From Bryobacteraceae bacterium (GTDB lineage: Bacteria; Acidobacteriota; Terriglobia; Bryobacterales; Bryobacteraceae), in the NCBI GenBank assembly GCA_035569875.1, contig DATMMD010000175.1:7654-71653 (forward strand): DNA of 64,000 nt, in the 5' to 3' direction. The notes under the pieces are model-generated. The model was not told the origin of the DNA, did no database searches, and was given only the letters and a program-made list of their open reading frames with translations. The translations under genes were made by a program, and so were the position numbers. Of the stretch, positions 37,131 through 46,974 are shown in pieces (position 1 is the first letter of the stretch; every line of letters starts with the position of its first letter).

Positions 37131-38468
37131 ATGCGCCCGGCGGCACGCCTCGAAATTCATCAGTTCATCGACCAACTGCCGCTCAGCCGCTACCAGCTTC
37201 TCATCGCGAGTCTTTGCGCCATGGTGCTGTTCATGGACGGATTCGATGCCCAGTCGATGGGCTTCGTCGCCCCTGCTCTAACCGACCAATTGCATTTAGC
37301 ACGCGCCTCGCTTGGCCCGGTCTTTTCCAGCGGGCTGGTCGGTATCATGATCGGCGCCCTGGTCTTCGGCCCTCTGGCAGACCGCTTCGGACGAAAGCCG
37401 ATCCTCGTGTTCTGCACGCTATTGTTCGGAATCTGCTCTCTGCTCACAGCCACCGCCGTCTCCCTTCCCTCGTTGCTCGTCTATCGCTTGGTTACCGGCT
37501 TCGGCCTGGGCGGCGCGATGCCCAACGCCGTGGCCCTGACATCCGAATTCATGCCGAAGCGGCTTCGTGCCACCGCGGTCACGCTCATGTTCGTAGGCTT
37601 CTCCATCGGCGCCGCGGTAGGCGGTTTCGTGGCCGCCGGCCTTATAGCCCGCTTTGGATGGCAGTCCGTTTTTGTCACCGGTGGGATTTTGCCTTGCGCG
37701 ATCGCCGTGCTTTTGATCGCTCTGTTGCCCGAGTCGATTCGGTTCCTCCTGATGAAGGGTGGCCAGGATCGGAAAATAGCTCATAGCCTCGCCCGAATCG
37801 CTCCCGGCATCTCGCCTGACGTCGCGCATTCGCTCGGCATCGAAGAACGACCCGCTCGCGAGTTTGTCGTCAAACAGCTCTTCACTGCCGGCCGTACGCC
37901 CATGACCCTTTTGATCTGGGTCATCTTTTTCATGAGCCTTCTGGATTTGTATTTCCTCACCGCCTGGCTTCCCACCGTCATCCACGATGCCGGAATCGTT
38001 GTTGAAAAGGCCATCGTCCTTACCGCTCTGTTCCAGGTCGGCGGCGCGGTAGGATCGCTCATCATGGGCCGCCTTTTGGATCGCTTCCTGTCTTTTCGCG
38101 TTCTGGCCTACGCTTATTTATCCGCCGGCATCTTCGTCTTCTTCATCGGTGCCGCCGGAAAATCGATCGCGTTGTTGGCTGTCACGATCTTCGCTGCCGG
38201 ATGCGGGGTGATCGGTGGACAAAGCAGCGCCAACGCGCTCACCGCCGAGTTTTATCCCACGCCCATGCGGTCCACCGGGGTGGGCTGGGCGCTCGGCATC
38301 GGCCGCGTCGGCTCCATCATCGGTCCCCTGCTTGGTGGTGTTTTGCTGTCTTTTGAGCACCAGACCCGGCGCGTATTCTGGGCCGCCGCGATCCCCGTTC
38401 TGATCGCTTCCGCCGCCGGATTCCTGGCCAGCCGGACACAATCGGCAACGGCGCGGGAATCGCAATGA
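37131..38468 (+). CDS. MFS transporter, aromatic acid:H+ symporter (AAHS)-like
   Basis: N-terminus ...IDQLPLSRYQLLIASLCAMVLFMDGFDAQSMGFVAP is typical of PcaK-like transporters. GPLADRFGRKP motif. 12 TM segments. Confidence 0.8.
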   Translation: MRPAARLEIHQFIDQLPLSRYQLLIASLCAMVLFMDGFDAQSMGFVAPALTDQLHLARASLGPVFSSGLVGIMIGALVFGPLADRFGRKPILVFCTLLFGICSLLTATAVSLPSLLVYRLVTGFGLGGAMPNAVALTSEFMPKRLRATAVTLMFVGFSIGAAVGGFVAAGLIARFGWQSVFVTGGILPCAIAVLLIALLPESIRFLLMKGGQDRKIAHSLARIAPGISPDVAHSLGIEERPAREFVVKQLFTAGRTPMTLLIWVIFFMSLLDLYFLTAWLPTVIHDAGIVVEKAIVLTALFQVGGAVGSLIMGRLLDRFLSFRVLAYAYLSAGIFVFFIGAAGKSIALLAVTIFAAGCGVIGGQSSANALTAEFYPTPMRSTGVGWALGIGRVGSIIGPLLGGVLLSFEHQTRRVFWAAAIPVLIASAAGFLASRTQSATARESQ

Positions 38469-38491
38469 TGACGATATAATGGCCCCTGCAC

Positions 38492-39520
38492 ATGAAAATC
38501 GATCTCTTCAATCATTTTTTCCCGAAGCGCTTTACCGACCTGTACGTTAAGACCGGAGTGGTCGGCCTGGATATCGGCAAACGCGTATCCAACATACCTA
38601 CGCTTACCGATCTCGACGCGCGCTTCCGCGTGATGGACGAATTCGGCGATTACCGGCAGGTCCTTTCCATGCCCGCGCCTCCCCTCGAAGTTATCGCTGC
38701 GCCAGATAAGTCGCCAGAGCTTGCCCGTGTCGCCAATGACGGCCTGGCCGAATTAGTGGCCAAATATCCCGATCGATTCATCGCCTTCGCCGCCTCCCTG
38801 CCCATGAACAATCCCGATGCGGCCGTCCAGGAAATGGAACGTGCCTCCACTCAGCTCGGAGCGCCGGGAGCCATGTTCTTTACCAACGTTGCCGGCAAGC
38901 CGCTCGACCTTCCGGAATTTTCGCCCATCTTCGAAGAAGCCGAGCGCCGCAATCTCACCCTGTGGATCCATCCCGCCCGTGGCGCCAATTTTCCCGACTA
39001 CCTCAGCGAAGAGAAATCGAAATACGAAATCTGGTGGACTTTCGGCTGGCCCTACGAAACCAGCGCCATGATGTCCCGCATCGTTTTCTCGGGAATGTTC
39101 GATCGTCTGCCCAAGCTCAAAATCGTTACTCACCATATGGGCGGCATGATTCCTTACTTTGATGGTCGCGTCGGCTACGGTTGGGATCAGCTTGGCACGC
39201 GCACCTCGGACGTTGATTACAAGGCCCTGCTGCATTCCATGAAGAAGCGGCCTATCGATTATTTCCGCATGTTCTACGCCGATACTGCCCTGTTCGGCGG
39301 ATTGTCGGCCACCAAGTGCGGCCTCGATTTCTTCGGCGTCGATCATTGCGTGTTCGCCTCCGACTTGCCCTTCGAGCCTTCGGCCGGCCTCTACATTCGC
39401 GAAACCATCCGCTGCATCGAGGCGCTCGACATCACTGCCGACGACAAAGATAGGATCTACCGTCGAAACGCCCTCCGTCTCTTGAACATGGAGAGCAAGA
39501 CCCAAAAGAGCGCGCCATGA
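38492..39520 (+). CDS. Amidohydrolase-2 family protein (ACMSD/resorcylate-decarboxylase-like)
   Basis: MKIDLFNHFFP N-terminus (metal-binding HxF/H region) and a ...LKIVTHHMGG... motif. ATGA-coupled to the next gene. Confidence 0.75.
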   Translation: MKIDLFNHFFPKRFTDLYVKTGVVGLDIGKRVSNIPTLTDLDARFRVMDEFGDYRQVLSMPAPPLEVIAAPDKSPELARVANDGLAELVAKYPDRFIAFAASLPMNNPDAAVQEMERASTQLGAPGAMFFTNVAGKPLDLPEFSPIFEEAERRNLTLWIHPARGANFPDYLSEEKSKYEIWWTFGWPYETSAMMSRIVFSGMFDRLPKLKIVTHHMGGMIPYFDGRVGYGWDQLGTRTSDVDYKALLHSMKKRPIDYFRMFYADTALFGGLSATKCGLDFFGVDHCVFASDLPFEPSAGLYIRETIRCIEALDITADDKDRIYRRNALRLLNMESKTQKSAP

Positions 39521-41049
39521 AAACCAGTTTGCTAACCATCCTGCTCTCGGCGATTACACCGGCCGTCGCCGCAACCTGCGACAGCCTCAGCTCCCTCACG
39601 TTGCCCGATACGACCATCACACTGGCCCAACCTCTCGGCCCCGGCGAATTCAATCCACCCAGCGGCCGCGCCGGTGGACCGTCCAACGCGAGCTTGTTCA
39701 AAAATCTCCCCGCCTTCTGCCGGGTCGCCGCGACGTTGAAACCCACCAGCGATTCCGACATCAAGATTGAAGTCTGGCTGCCGGCCTCGGGCTGGAACGG
39801 AAAATTCCAGGCTGTCGGCAATGGTGGCTGGGCCGGAGTGATCAGCTATTCAGCGCTGGCCGAGGCACTCGAGCGCGGCTACGCCACCTCCTCCACCGAT
39901 ACCGGCCATGTCGGCCCAACCGGCAGCTTCGCGCTCGGGCATCCTGAAAAGCTGACCGATTTCGCATATCGCGCGGTCCACCAGATGACCCTCCAGGCCA
40001 AGGCTATCATCGCCGCGTTGTATGGCGACCAGCCCAAGCTGTCATATTGGAACGGCTGCTCCACCGGGGGCCGGCAAGGGCTCAAGGAAGCCCAGCGCTT
40101 CCCTGACGATTACGACGCCATCATCGCTGGCGCGCCCGCCAACCCTCGCACGCGTCTTGCTTTCGCCACGCTCTGGATCGCCCAGGCTGCGCACAAAGAC
40201 GAAGCCAGCTACATTCCGCCCGCCAAGTATCCCGCGATCCATCAGGCCGTGTTGAATGCTTGCGACGCGTTGGATGGCCTCAAAGATGGGCTGATCACTG
40301 ATCCGGCCCGCTGCCATTTTGACCCGCAAGTGCTCTCTTGCAAAGATGCTGACGGTCTCACCTGTCTGACTGCGCCACAAATCGAAACTGTAAAGAAAAT
40401 CCTCTCACCGGCGAAGAACCCCCAAACTGGCGAGGAGATCTTTCCGACGCTCGAGCCCGGCTCCGAGCTGGGTTGGGCAGCGCTGGCAGGTCCACAACCC
40501 TTCCAGGCCACTGTGGATCACTTTAGGTACGTTGTGTTCAAAGATCCGAACTGGGATTGGAAAACTCTGAACTTCACGAGCGACGTCGCGCTCGCCGACA
40601 AGATCGATAACGAGACGATCAATGCCACTGATTCTAACCTGAAGCCATTCCTTGCTCATCAAGGAAAACTGCTGCTGTACCACGGCTTCAGCGATCAGAA
40701 TGTTCCGCCTCAGGCAACCATCAATTACTACAAGCGTGTCGTCGACACTCTCAGTGGCGCAGGTCTCCAGCCTGCGGATTCCATCCGCCTCTTCATGGTC
40801 CCCGGCATGGGACACTGCGGGGGCGGCGAAGGCCCCAATACTTTCGACATGGTGAGCGCGCTCGAGCAATGGAAGGAACAGGGCCACGCTCCCGTCCGTA
40901 TTGTCGCGTCTCACCGCACCTCTGGAAAAGTTGATCGTACCCGGCCTCTGTGCCCCTACCCGCAGATCGCGAAATACAAAGGCGCCGGCAGTATCGATGA
41001 CGAGGCGAACTTCGTATGCGAGATGCCGTCGCCGGCCGCGACAAAATGA
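39517..41049 (+). CDS. Tannase/feruloyl esterase family protein, secreted
   Basis: Signal peptide. ...IEVWLPASGWNGKFQAVGNGGWAG... and nucleophile region YWNGCSTGGRQG are typical of the tannase/feruloyl esterase family. Confidence 0.85.
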   Translation: MKTSLLTILLSAITPAVAATCDSLSSLTLPDTTITLAQPLGPGEFNPPSGRAGGPSNASLFKNLPAFCRVAATLKPTSDSDIKIEVWLPASGWNGKFQAVGNGGWAGVISYSALAEALERGYATSSTDTGHVGPTGSFALGHPEKLTDFAYRAVHQMTLQAKAIIAALYGDQPKLSYWNGCSTGGRQGLKEAQRFPDDYDAIIAGAPANPRTRLAFATLWIAQAAHKDEASYIPPAKYPAIHQAVLNACDALDGLKDGLITDPARCHFDPQVLSCKDADGLTCLTAPQIETVKKILSPAKNPQTGEEIFPTLEPGSELGWAALAGPQPFQATVDHFRYVVFKDPNWDWKTLNFTSDVALADKIDNETINATDSNLKPFLAHQGKLLLYHGFSDQNVPPQATINYYKRVVDTLSGAGLQPADSIRLFMVPGMGHCGGGEGPNTFDMVSALEQWKEQGHAPVRIVASHRTSGKVDRTRPLCPYPQIAKYKGAGSIDDEANFVCEMPSPAATK

Positions 41050-42143
41050 CTAACAAGCTACATGCTGAACAGGTCGGCAGTCTCCTTCGCCCGCCAGAGC
41101 TGCTCGAGGCCCGTGCTGTCCACGCCGAGGGCCGGCTCCCGATCGATCAACTTCGTGCAGTTGAAGATCGAGCCATTCTCGCGGCACTGGAAAAACAGCG
41201 TCAGATTGGTATCGAGATCTTCACCGACGGCGAAATGCGCCGCGGCTCCTGGCTCACCGATATGGCCGATGCCGTGGACGGTTTCGTGTCGCAAAAGATA
41301 ATGCTGGAGTGGAAAGGGCCCGGGGGCGGACCCGAGGGCAGCACCGCTCAAGCCGTCGGCGCGAAGCTTCGCAAGCTTCGCAAACTGACCGCCCACGAAC
41401 TGCCGTTTTTGAAGAAGAATGCAGCCGGTCCGTTCAAGGTCACCATCCCCGCCCCTTCAAATTTCTTGGTGGCAAGCTTCAAGCCTGGGCTATCCGATTC
41501 CTTTTATCCAACGCACGCCGAGCTGCTGCATGACCTCGTGGAAGTCGTACGCGATGAGGTCCGCTGGCTGGTCTCCCAAGGAGTTCACTACATCCAGCTT
41601 GACGCACCTTATTATTCCCACTTTCTCGATCCGCGGCAGCGTGAGAAACTCCGCGCGTCCGGCGTCGATCCGGATAAGGAGTTCGAGCATGCCGTCGCGG
41701 GCGATAATGCTGCGCTCAAAGATGTTCCGCGTAATCACGTTACGCTCGGGCTGCACGTTTGCCGAGGTAACAGCCGCAGCCGCTGGTACACCGAAGGAGA
41801 TTACGACGCCATCGCCGAGAAGCTGTTCGGCATGCTCGAGGTGGATGTGTTCCTGCTCGAATACGATAGCGATCGGGCCGGCACTTTTGAGGCGCTCCGC
41901 CGGGTGTCGCGAGGGAAAACGGTAGTGCTGGGACTGATCACCACCAAGGAACCGAAACTGGAATCGCAGGACGATCTCCTACGCCGCATTGACGACGCTT
42001 CCCGGTACGTGCCGCTGGAGAACTTGGCCATCAGCCCGCAATGCGGCTTCGCATCGGTAGCCGCTGGCAACTTGCTGTCGATCGACGATCAGTGGCGCAA
42101 GCTGGAGCTGGTCGTCGGCACCGCCCGCAGAGTCTGGGGCTAG
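41046..42143 (+). CDS. Cobalamin-independent methionine synthase (MetE C-terminal domain)-like protein
   Basis: HAEQVGSLLRPPELLEA..., ...IFTDGEMRR.SW... and ...ISPQCGFAS... match the MetE-like family II pattern. The ATG at 41046 overlaps the tannase stop (ATGA). Confidence 0.7.
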   Translation: MTNKLHAEQVGSLLRPPELLEARAVHAEGRLPIDQLRAVEDRAILAALEKQRQIGIEIFTDGEMRRGSWLTDMADAVDGFVSQKIMLEWKGPGGGPEGSTAQAVGAKLRKLRKLTAHELPFLKKNAAGPFKVTIPAPSNFLVASFKPGLSDSFYPTHAELLHDLVEVVRDEVRWLVSQGVHYIQLDAPYYSHFLDPRQREKLRASGVDPDKEFEHAVAGDNAALKDVPRNHVTLGLHVCRGNSRSRWYTEGDYDAIAEKLFGMLEVDVFLLEYDSDRAGTFEALRRVSRGKTVVLGLITTKEPKLESQDDLLRRIDDASRYVPLENLAISPQCGFASVAAGNLLSIDDQWRKLELVVGTARRVWG

Positions 42144-42144
42144 C

Positions 42145-45100
42145 TTAAAACCGGACGCGCAAAACGATCGTTCCGTTGCGCGGCTGCGCGTACGGGGTCG
42201 TGGGAGAAACCGCCAGGTTGATGTAACCGAAGCCACCGCTATTCAGCCCGGTTAGTGGCCCAACCTTGTTCGTAGATTGCGGGTTCGAGAAACCGGTCGC
42301 GGTGGGATTGTTCAGATAGGTGCGGTTGAAGATGTTGGCGAAGTCAACGCGCATCTCGAGACTGAATCTTTCCTTGAGGCGCCACACGCGGCCCAAGCCC
42401 ATGTTCTCGATGGGATGGCGCGCGTAGCGATAGTCGTCGTAGAAAGGGGCCGCGGTACCGAACTGACCCTGAGGTGGATTAACCCAGGCAGCCGGATTCA
42501 GGATAAAAGTTTTCGAGGGGTCGAAGCAGTGGCAGTTGATGTTCTGGGTGTAGAGCGGGACACCGGGAACCCGGTCCGCCAACGTGGGTTGGAACAGCTC
42601 GTTGGCAAGACTCGTGGTAGCCGGGGGGCTGGGAATCGGTAAGCCGCTGGCATAATCGAAAAAGGCGTTGATTTCCCAATCGCGAAGCGCATAAGAGACA
42701 GCCTTGTTGCCGGGCAATTTCGGCACCGTATACGTGCCTGCGAAATTGAACATGAAGGGTTGATCGAAGCTGGAAAAGCTCTTCGCCAGCATAGGATTTC
42801 CGACCACACCGACGTAGTTTGCGCCGGCCACCGTGGTGCTCGTATTCGGATCGATGCCTTCTTCCAGCGATTTCTGCCAACTGAAAGAGCTGCTGAAGAC
42901 GAAGCCATGGCTGAATCGCTTGGTCCCTTTCATCTGCAGGGAGTCGTACCAGGTTCTGCCGCGCGGATCGCCAATCCCGGGGATATTGCCGAACTGCGGG
43001 AATGGTCGCAGCGACTGCGCGACAGTGTTGGTGAGCGCGAAGCCGGGATACGGCGCCTTGTTGAAACCGCGGGCGGACGCAGTGGTGGAGTTCAGAGTGG
43101 AGAGCAGCAGGGCTTGGTCGTTGGGATTGGTGATGTCCAGTCCAAACGCGGTGAGTCTTTGCGGTGTAATCGCATTGATGTCGGAAAGAGAGGGCGACGT
43201 CCACCATGCGCCGCGATTCCCGACGTACGCGGCTTCGACGATTAAGTCGCGGCTGATCTCGCGTTGGATACCGATACTCCATTGCGTCTGCCTGGCCGGC
43301 CGGCCGGCATTGGGATCCAGAAATCCAATGCCTCCGGGAAGAGCTTGGCCGCCCGCCGGACTGGTGGGGAAAAGACCGGGTTTAAATACTGGCCAAGCGG
43401 GCTCGTCCTGAGGCGGTATGCCGCCGGAGAGCGTCATGGCAGGTTGGCCGGCGCCCGGGGAACTAAACGTCGAAGTCGCGGCGACACCAGCCGACGAGTA
43501 GCCAAGCTGGGTCGTGCCGGTTTGATTGTAGATGATGCCAAAGCCGGCGCGGAATACAGTTTTTGGAGTGATCTGATAGGCGACCCCAACTCTGGGACCG
43601 AGGGCAAAAGGATAATTCTTGGCGAAGCTGCAATTGCAAGTGGACTCGAAGATGATCGCGCCCGGGTAGCCTCCGACCGTCGGGTTAGGCGTGTTGGGGG
43701 AGAAATTGGCGCCGCGGCCATGCTCCTCTTTGAAGTAGGTGCCGTAATCCCATCGCAATCCGTAATCCACCGTCAAGTTGCGGGTCACCTTCCACGAGTC
43801 CTGAACGAATACGCCCCACTGCTGTTTTGAATTCCGATATTCGGCCGGCGCGGCTATGGAGAAGTTATCCACTTGGCCAAGCAAGAAACTGGCGTAGGCG
43901 AAACCCGGCGTGCCGCCGGCGAATGTCCGGCCGACCAGATAGGGCTCATTGGTTTCGTTGGCGCTGAATCCGTACGATCCGTTGGTGTTGGTGTAGGGAA
44001 TAGTCGGAACCGCCAGGAAGTAGACTTCAGCTCCCGCCTTGTAAGTGTGACTACCTTTGACCCAAGTGCCGGACATGTTGCCGGAGGGCTTTTCGTAGTA
44101 TTGGTGGCCTTGTCCTGCAATAGGTCCCATGTTGTACATACCGCCTGCGGCTGTGCAGGCAACAGTATTAGCGTTACCCGGCGCTGGTGGACACAAACCG
44201 CTAAACACCGGCACATTGCGATTGACGGTGGCGCCCACCAGACCGAACGTCTGGGCCGCGTTGAAATTCAGAATCGGAGCGTCGTCGAAGAAATTGTTCT
44301 GCTGGTAGCCGGCTCCGAAATGAAGCAGGAAGGTCGGTGAGACGGTGTAGTCGTAATTCAGGCGCTCGACATGCGAGTGGATAAATGTTCCACGATCGGC
44401 CGTGATCTGATTCGGCAGGCCCTCGGATTGACCGTAAATCGGAGAGAAGGGCGAGTCGGTGTGTGTAAAAGACCAATAGAACGACAAGTGTTGCCGCTCC
44501 GTGATCTGTTGGTCGATTTTCGTTGCCGGAATGGTCGTGTGACGGACGCTGGGGTAGGTGGGAATCAAGTTGTTAGTGAGCGACGCTAGAGCAGGGTTCG
44601 GAATGAAGCTCTGGATCTTGAGCGCCACCGGATCCATCCTCGACATCGGAATCGCGTTGTTGGGGAAAGGATTCGAGACGCGACTTCCACTGGCAGGATC
44701 AGTGTATTGGGTGTTCGGATCAAAAATCTCGTTCGCTAGAACGGACCGCCCCAGGACATCCGTTGTCAAGACAGTGTTGTTTGCGGCCGCGATGGCGCCG
44801 CTGAAATCGCCATTGCGATAGGCCGTGCTCGGCACAGTGATGGGAATATTGTTGATGTCCTGCGTTTCACGGAATTGCTCGAAATTGAAAAAGAAGAAGG
44901 TTTTGTCGCGGCCGTTATAGATCTTGGGAATAACTACTGGACCGCCTACGGTGAAGCCGTAATCGTGCCGTCTTGCAACCGGGCGAACCAGCTCTCCGGG
45001 CTGTGTGTTGGTGAAGGGAGGGCCGGTGAAAGGCGTACCAGCGTTCAGCACCTCGTTCACGATGTAGTCGTAACCGCTGCCGTGGATCTGGTTGGTGCCG

Positions 45101-45831
45101 GACCGCATGGTCACGTTGAAGAAACCGCCGCCCACCCCACCATACTCGGCGGCGAAATTGCTGGTCTGGACTGAGACTTCCTGGAGGGCATCCACGCCTT
45201 GCTGCACCTGAGCCGGGGCATAAGGAAAGCCCTGATTGGTAGTGTCCTGGCCTTCGACGTGATAGGTTTGGGTATTGCTGGGGGCGCCGTTGATCTTCAC
45301 TTGCGCGTTTGGAACGTAATAAGTTCCTGGAACGACGTTAAGAACATTGTTGGGATTGCGAATTCCGGAGCTTCCTGAGGCGGCGGCGCCAATGCCCATC
45401 AGAGGCAGTTGGGTCAAAGTTTCACTGTTGATATTGGTGCTCACGTCGCCAGTCTCGGTCTTCAGCATCGAAGCCTCGGCCGAGACCGTAACCGCTTCGG
45501 TGGACGTGCCCACTTCCAGAGTGATATCTACGCGCAAGGTTTGCGCAACCTGGACGGTGAGGTTTTGCCGAATGTACCGCTTAAATCCCGGAACGCTTAC
45601 GGAGACTTCGTACATCCCGAACGGCAATTCAGCGAAGGTGTAGTTGCCCGTGGCCGTGGTCGCAGCCTGATAGAGGGTGCCATTCTCCACGTTCCTGGCT
45701 TCCACCGGTGCGCCCGCGATCACCGCGCCCTGCTGGTCAACGAGAGTGCCGGTAATGGAGCCGCGATCGCCCTGGGCAAATGCCGTCAAGGCAAACAGGA
45801 AGAAACAGACTGCTCCGAACAGTGAGCGCAT
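42145..45831 (-). CDS. TonB-dependent receptor with a carboxypeptidase-regulatory-like N-terminal domain
   Basis: Signal peptide. ITGTLVDQQGAVIAGAPVEARN...GMYEVSVSVPGF. A giant beta-barrel ends ...IVLRVRF. GGAGGAG RBS lies before the ATG at 45831. Confidence 0.85.
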   Translation of the reverse strand: MRSLFGAVCFFLFALTAFAQGDRGSITGTLVDQQGAVIAGAPVEARNVENGTLYQAATTATGNYTFAELPFGMYEVSVSVPGFKRYIRQNLTVQVAQTLRVDITLEVGTSTEAVTVSAEASMLKTETGDVSTNINSETLTQLPLMGIGAAASGSSGIRNPNNVLNVVPGTYYVPNAQVKINGAPSNTQTYHVEGQDTTNQGFPYAPAQVQQGVDALQEVSVQTSNFAAEYGGVGGGFFNVTMRSGTNQIHGSGYDYIVNEVLNAGTPFTGPPFTNTQPGELVRPVARRHDYGFTVGGPVVIPKIYNGRDKTFFFFNFEQFRETQDINNIPITVPSTAYRNGDFSGAIAAANNTVLTTDVLGRSVLANEIFDPNTQYTDPASGSRVSNPFPNNAIPMSRMDPVALKIQSFIPNPALASLTNNLIPTYPSVRHTTIPATKIDQQITERQHLSFYWSFTHTDSPFSPIYGQSEGLPNQITADRGTFIHSHVERLNYDYTVSPTFLLHFGAGYQQNNFFDDAPILNFNAAQTFGLVGATVNRNVPVFSGLCPPAPGNANTVACTAAGGMYNMGPIAGQGHQYYEKPSGNMSGTWVKGSHTYKAGAEVYFLAVPTIPYTNTNGSYGFSANETNEPYLVGRTFAGGTPGFAYASFLLGQVDNFSIAAPAEYRNSKQQWGVFVQDSWKVTRNLTVDYGLRWDYGTYFKEEHGRGANFSPNTPNPTVGGYPGAIIFESTCNCSFAKNYPFALGPRVGVAYQITPKTVFRAGFGIIYNQTGTTQLGYSSAGVAATSTFSSPGAGQPAMTLSGGIPPQDEPAWPVFKPGLFPTSPAGGQALPGGIGFLDPNAGRPARQTQWSIGIQREISRDLIVEAAYVGNRGAWWTSPSLSDINAITPQRLTAFGLDITNPNDQALLLSTLNSTTASARGFNKAPYPGFALTNTVAQSLRPFPQFGNIPGIGDPRGRTWYDSLQMKGTKRFSHGFVFSSSFSWQKSLEEGIDPNTSTTVAGANYVGVVGNPMLAKSFSSFDQPFMFNFAGTYTVPKLPGNKAVSYALRDWEINAFFDYASGLPIPSPPATTSLANELFQPTLADRVPGVPLYTQNINCHCFDPSKTFILNPAAWVNPPQGQFGTAAPFYDDYRYARHPIENMGLGRVWRLKERFSLEMRVDFANIFNRTYLNNPTATGFSNPQSTNKVGPLTGLNSGGFGYINLAVSPTTPYAQPRNGTIVLRVRF

Positions 45832-46006
45832 ACAATTCTCCTCCAACACTGAGGTGGGAAAACCCCTTTTCCGCTAAGCAACACGTCATCAGCGGGCGTC
45901 TATTTGACCCTGCTTTTGGTTGAGAATATGCGATCTGGATCTGAAAGTCAAGCCAAATTTGACATATCAGGTCGAGCGGTCGAAAAAGAATTGCGGCCGG
46001 TCCGGT

Positions 46007-46831
46007 TTATAGCGGCGAGTCGGGTCGCGCGATGGTGCGCCACATGTGAGCGACCGGACTGTTGTCATTGCCAAGGCCTTCCTTGGGCTGCTTGAAATGG
46101 CGTCCGATGATGTCGACGAACGGATCGACAGTCACCACCGCGTTGGGGTCGAAGGCGTACAAATCGTTTACGGTTACCAGCCGTGGCTCCATATACCACT
46201 TGTGGTTGCGGACCATTTTGTAAGTGGCTTCGATGTGGGGCGGAGGTGTGTAGTCTTTTCCAAAGAGTCGATAATAGAGGTCCGGATACTCATAGCCGGC
46301 CGCGGAATCAGGATAGAAGCGCAGGGCCTGATGATAGCGGATCGCGAAGGTGGCTTTCGGCGAAATGTAGGGCTCGAAGAGCTGTGCGCCCCACCAGCCA
46401 TGGTCGGGTTTGATCAGAGATTGCACCACGTCATGAAGCAAGCAGGCCAGGATGATCTCCTCTGTCATGCCAGTTTTCATGGCGCGGGTGGCGCTCTGAA
46501 GAACGTGGTTAGCTGGGGCAAACCGGTACTGGAAGAAATCGAGTAGCGTTGGATTGGCTGGCAGAGGCTGCAGCTTCTTGACGTTTCGGCCTCCGTTAGC
46601 GAAAAGAGTACCGACACCTCTGCGGTACGTGCGCGTGTCAATCTCGGCGTCCAGCTCGGCTACCGTTGGAAACTTCTTGTCGGGGCTGGTGGCGCTGGCC
46701 GCCGCTGGCCCGTTGTCCAATTGCTCGGACATGTATTCTTCCAGTGCGTCGGCTTTCGCTTCCGAATCCATGGCACTGATGGCGGCAGCGCCGCCGAGAC
46801 TAGCAAAGAACGCGCGTCTATCGATCTCCAT
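46007..46831 (-). CDS. Tat-exported HD-domain-like metal-dependent protein
   Basis: MEIDRRAFFASLGGAAA twin-arginine signal. ...ILACLLHDV... HD-like motif. AGGAG RBS lies before the ATG at 46831. The family is uncertain. Confidence 0.45.
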   Translation of the reverse strand: MEIDRRAFFASLGGAAAISAMDSEAKADALEEYMSEQLDNGPAAASATSPDKKFPTVAELDAEIDTRTYRRGVGTLFANGGRNVKKLQPLPANPTLLDFFQYRFAPANHVLQSATRAMKTGMTEEIILACLLHDVVQSLIKPDHGWWGAQLFEPYISPKATFAIRYHQALRFYPDSAAGYEYPDLYYRLFGKDYTPPPHIEATYKMVRNHKWYMEPRLVTVNDLYAFDPNAVVTVDPFVDIIGRHFKQPKEGLGNDNSPVAHMWRTIARPDSPL

Positions 46832-46974
46832 AGATCTCCTTTCGGCCGGATCTCGTCGTGGTTCCGGATTAGCTGCAAGTATACAGGAAGATTCGCTGGA
46901 CTGCATCCGGGTGAATGGAAGGTAGTGCCCAAGTGTAAGGGCGCTAGACAAGCGGTCAGCCGTTAAGCGAGCCG

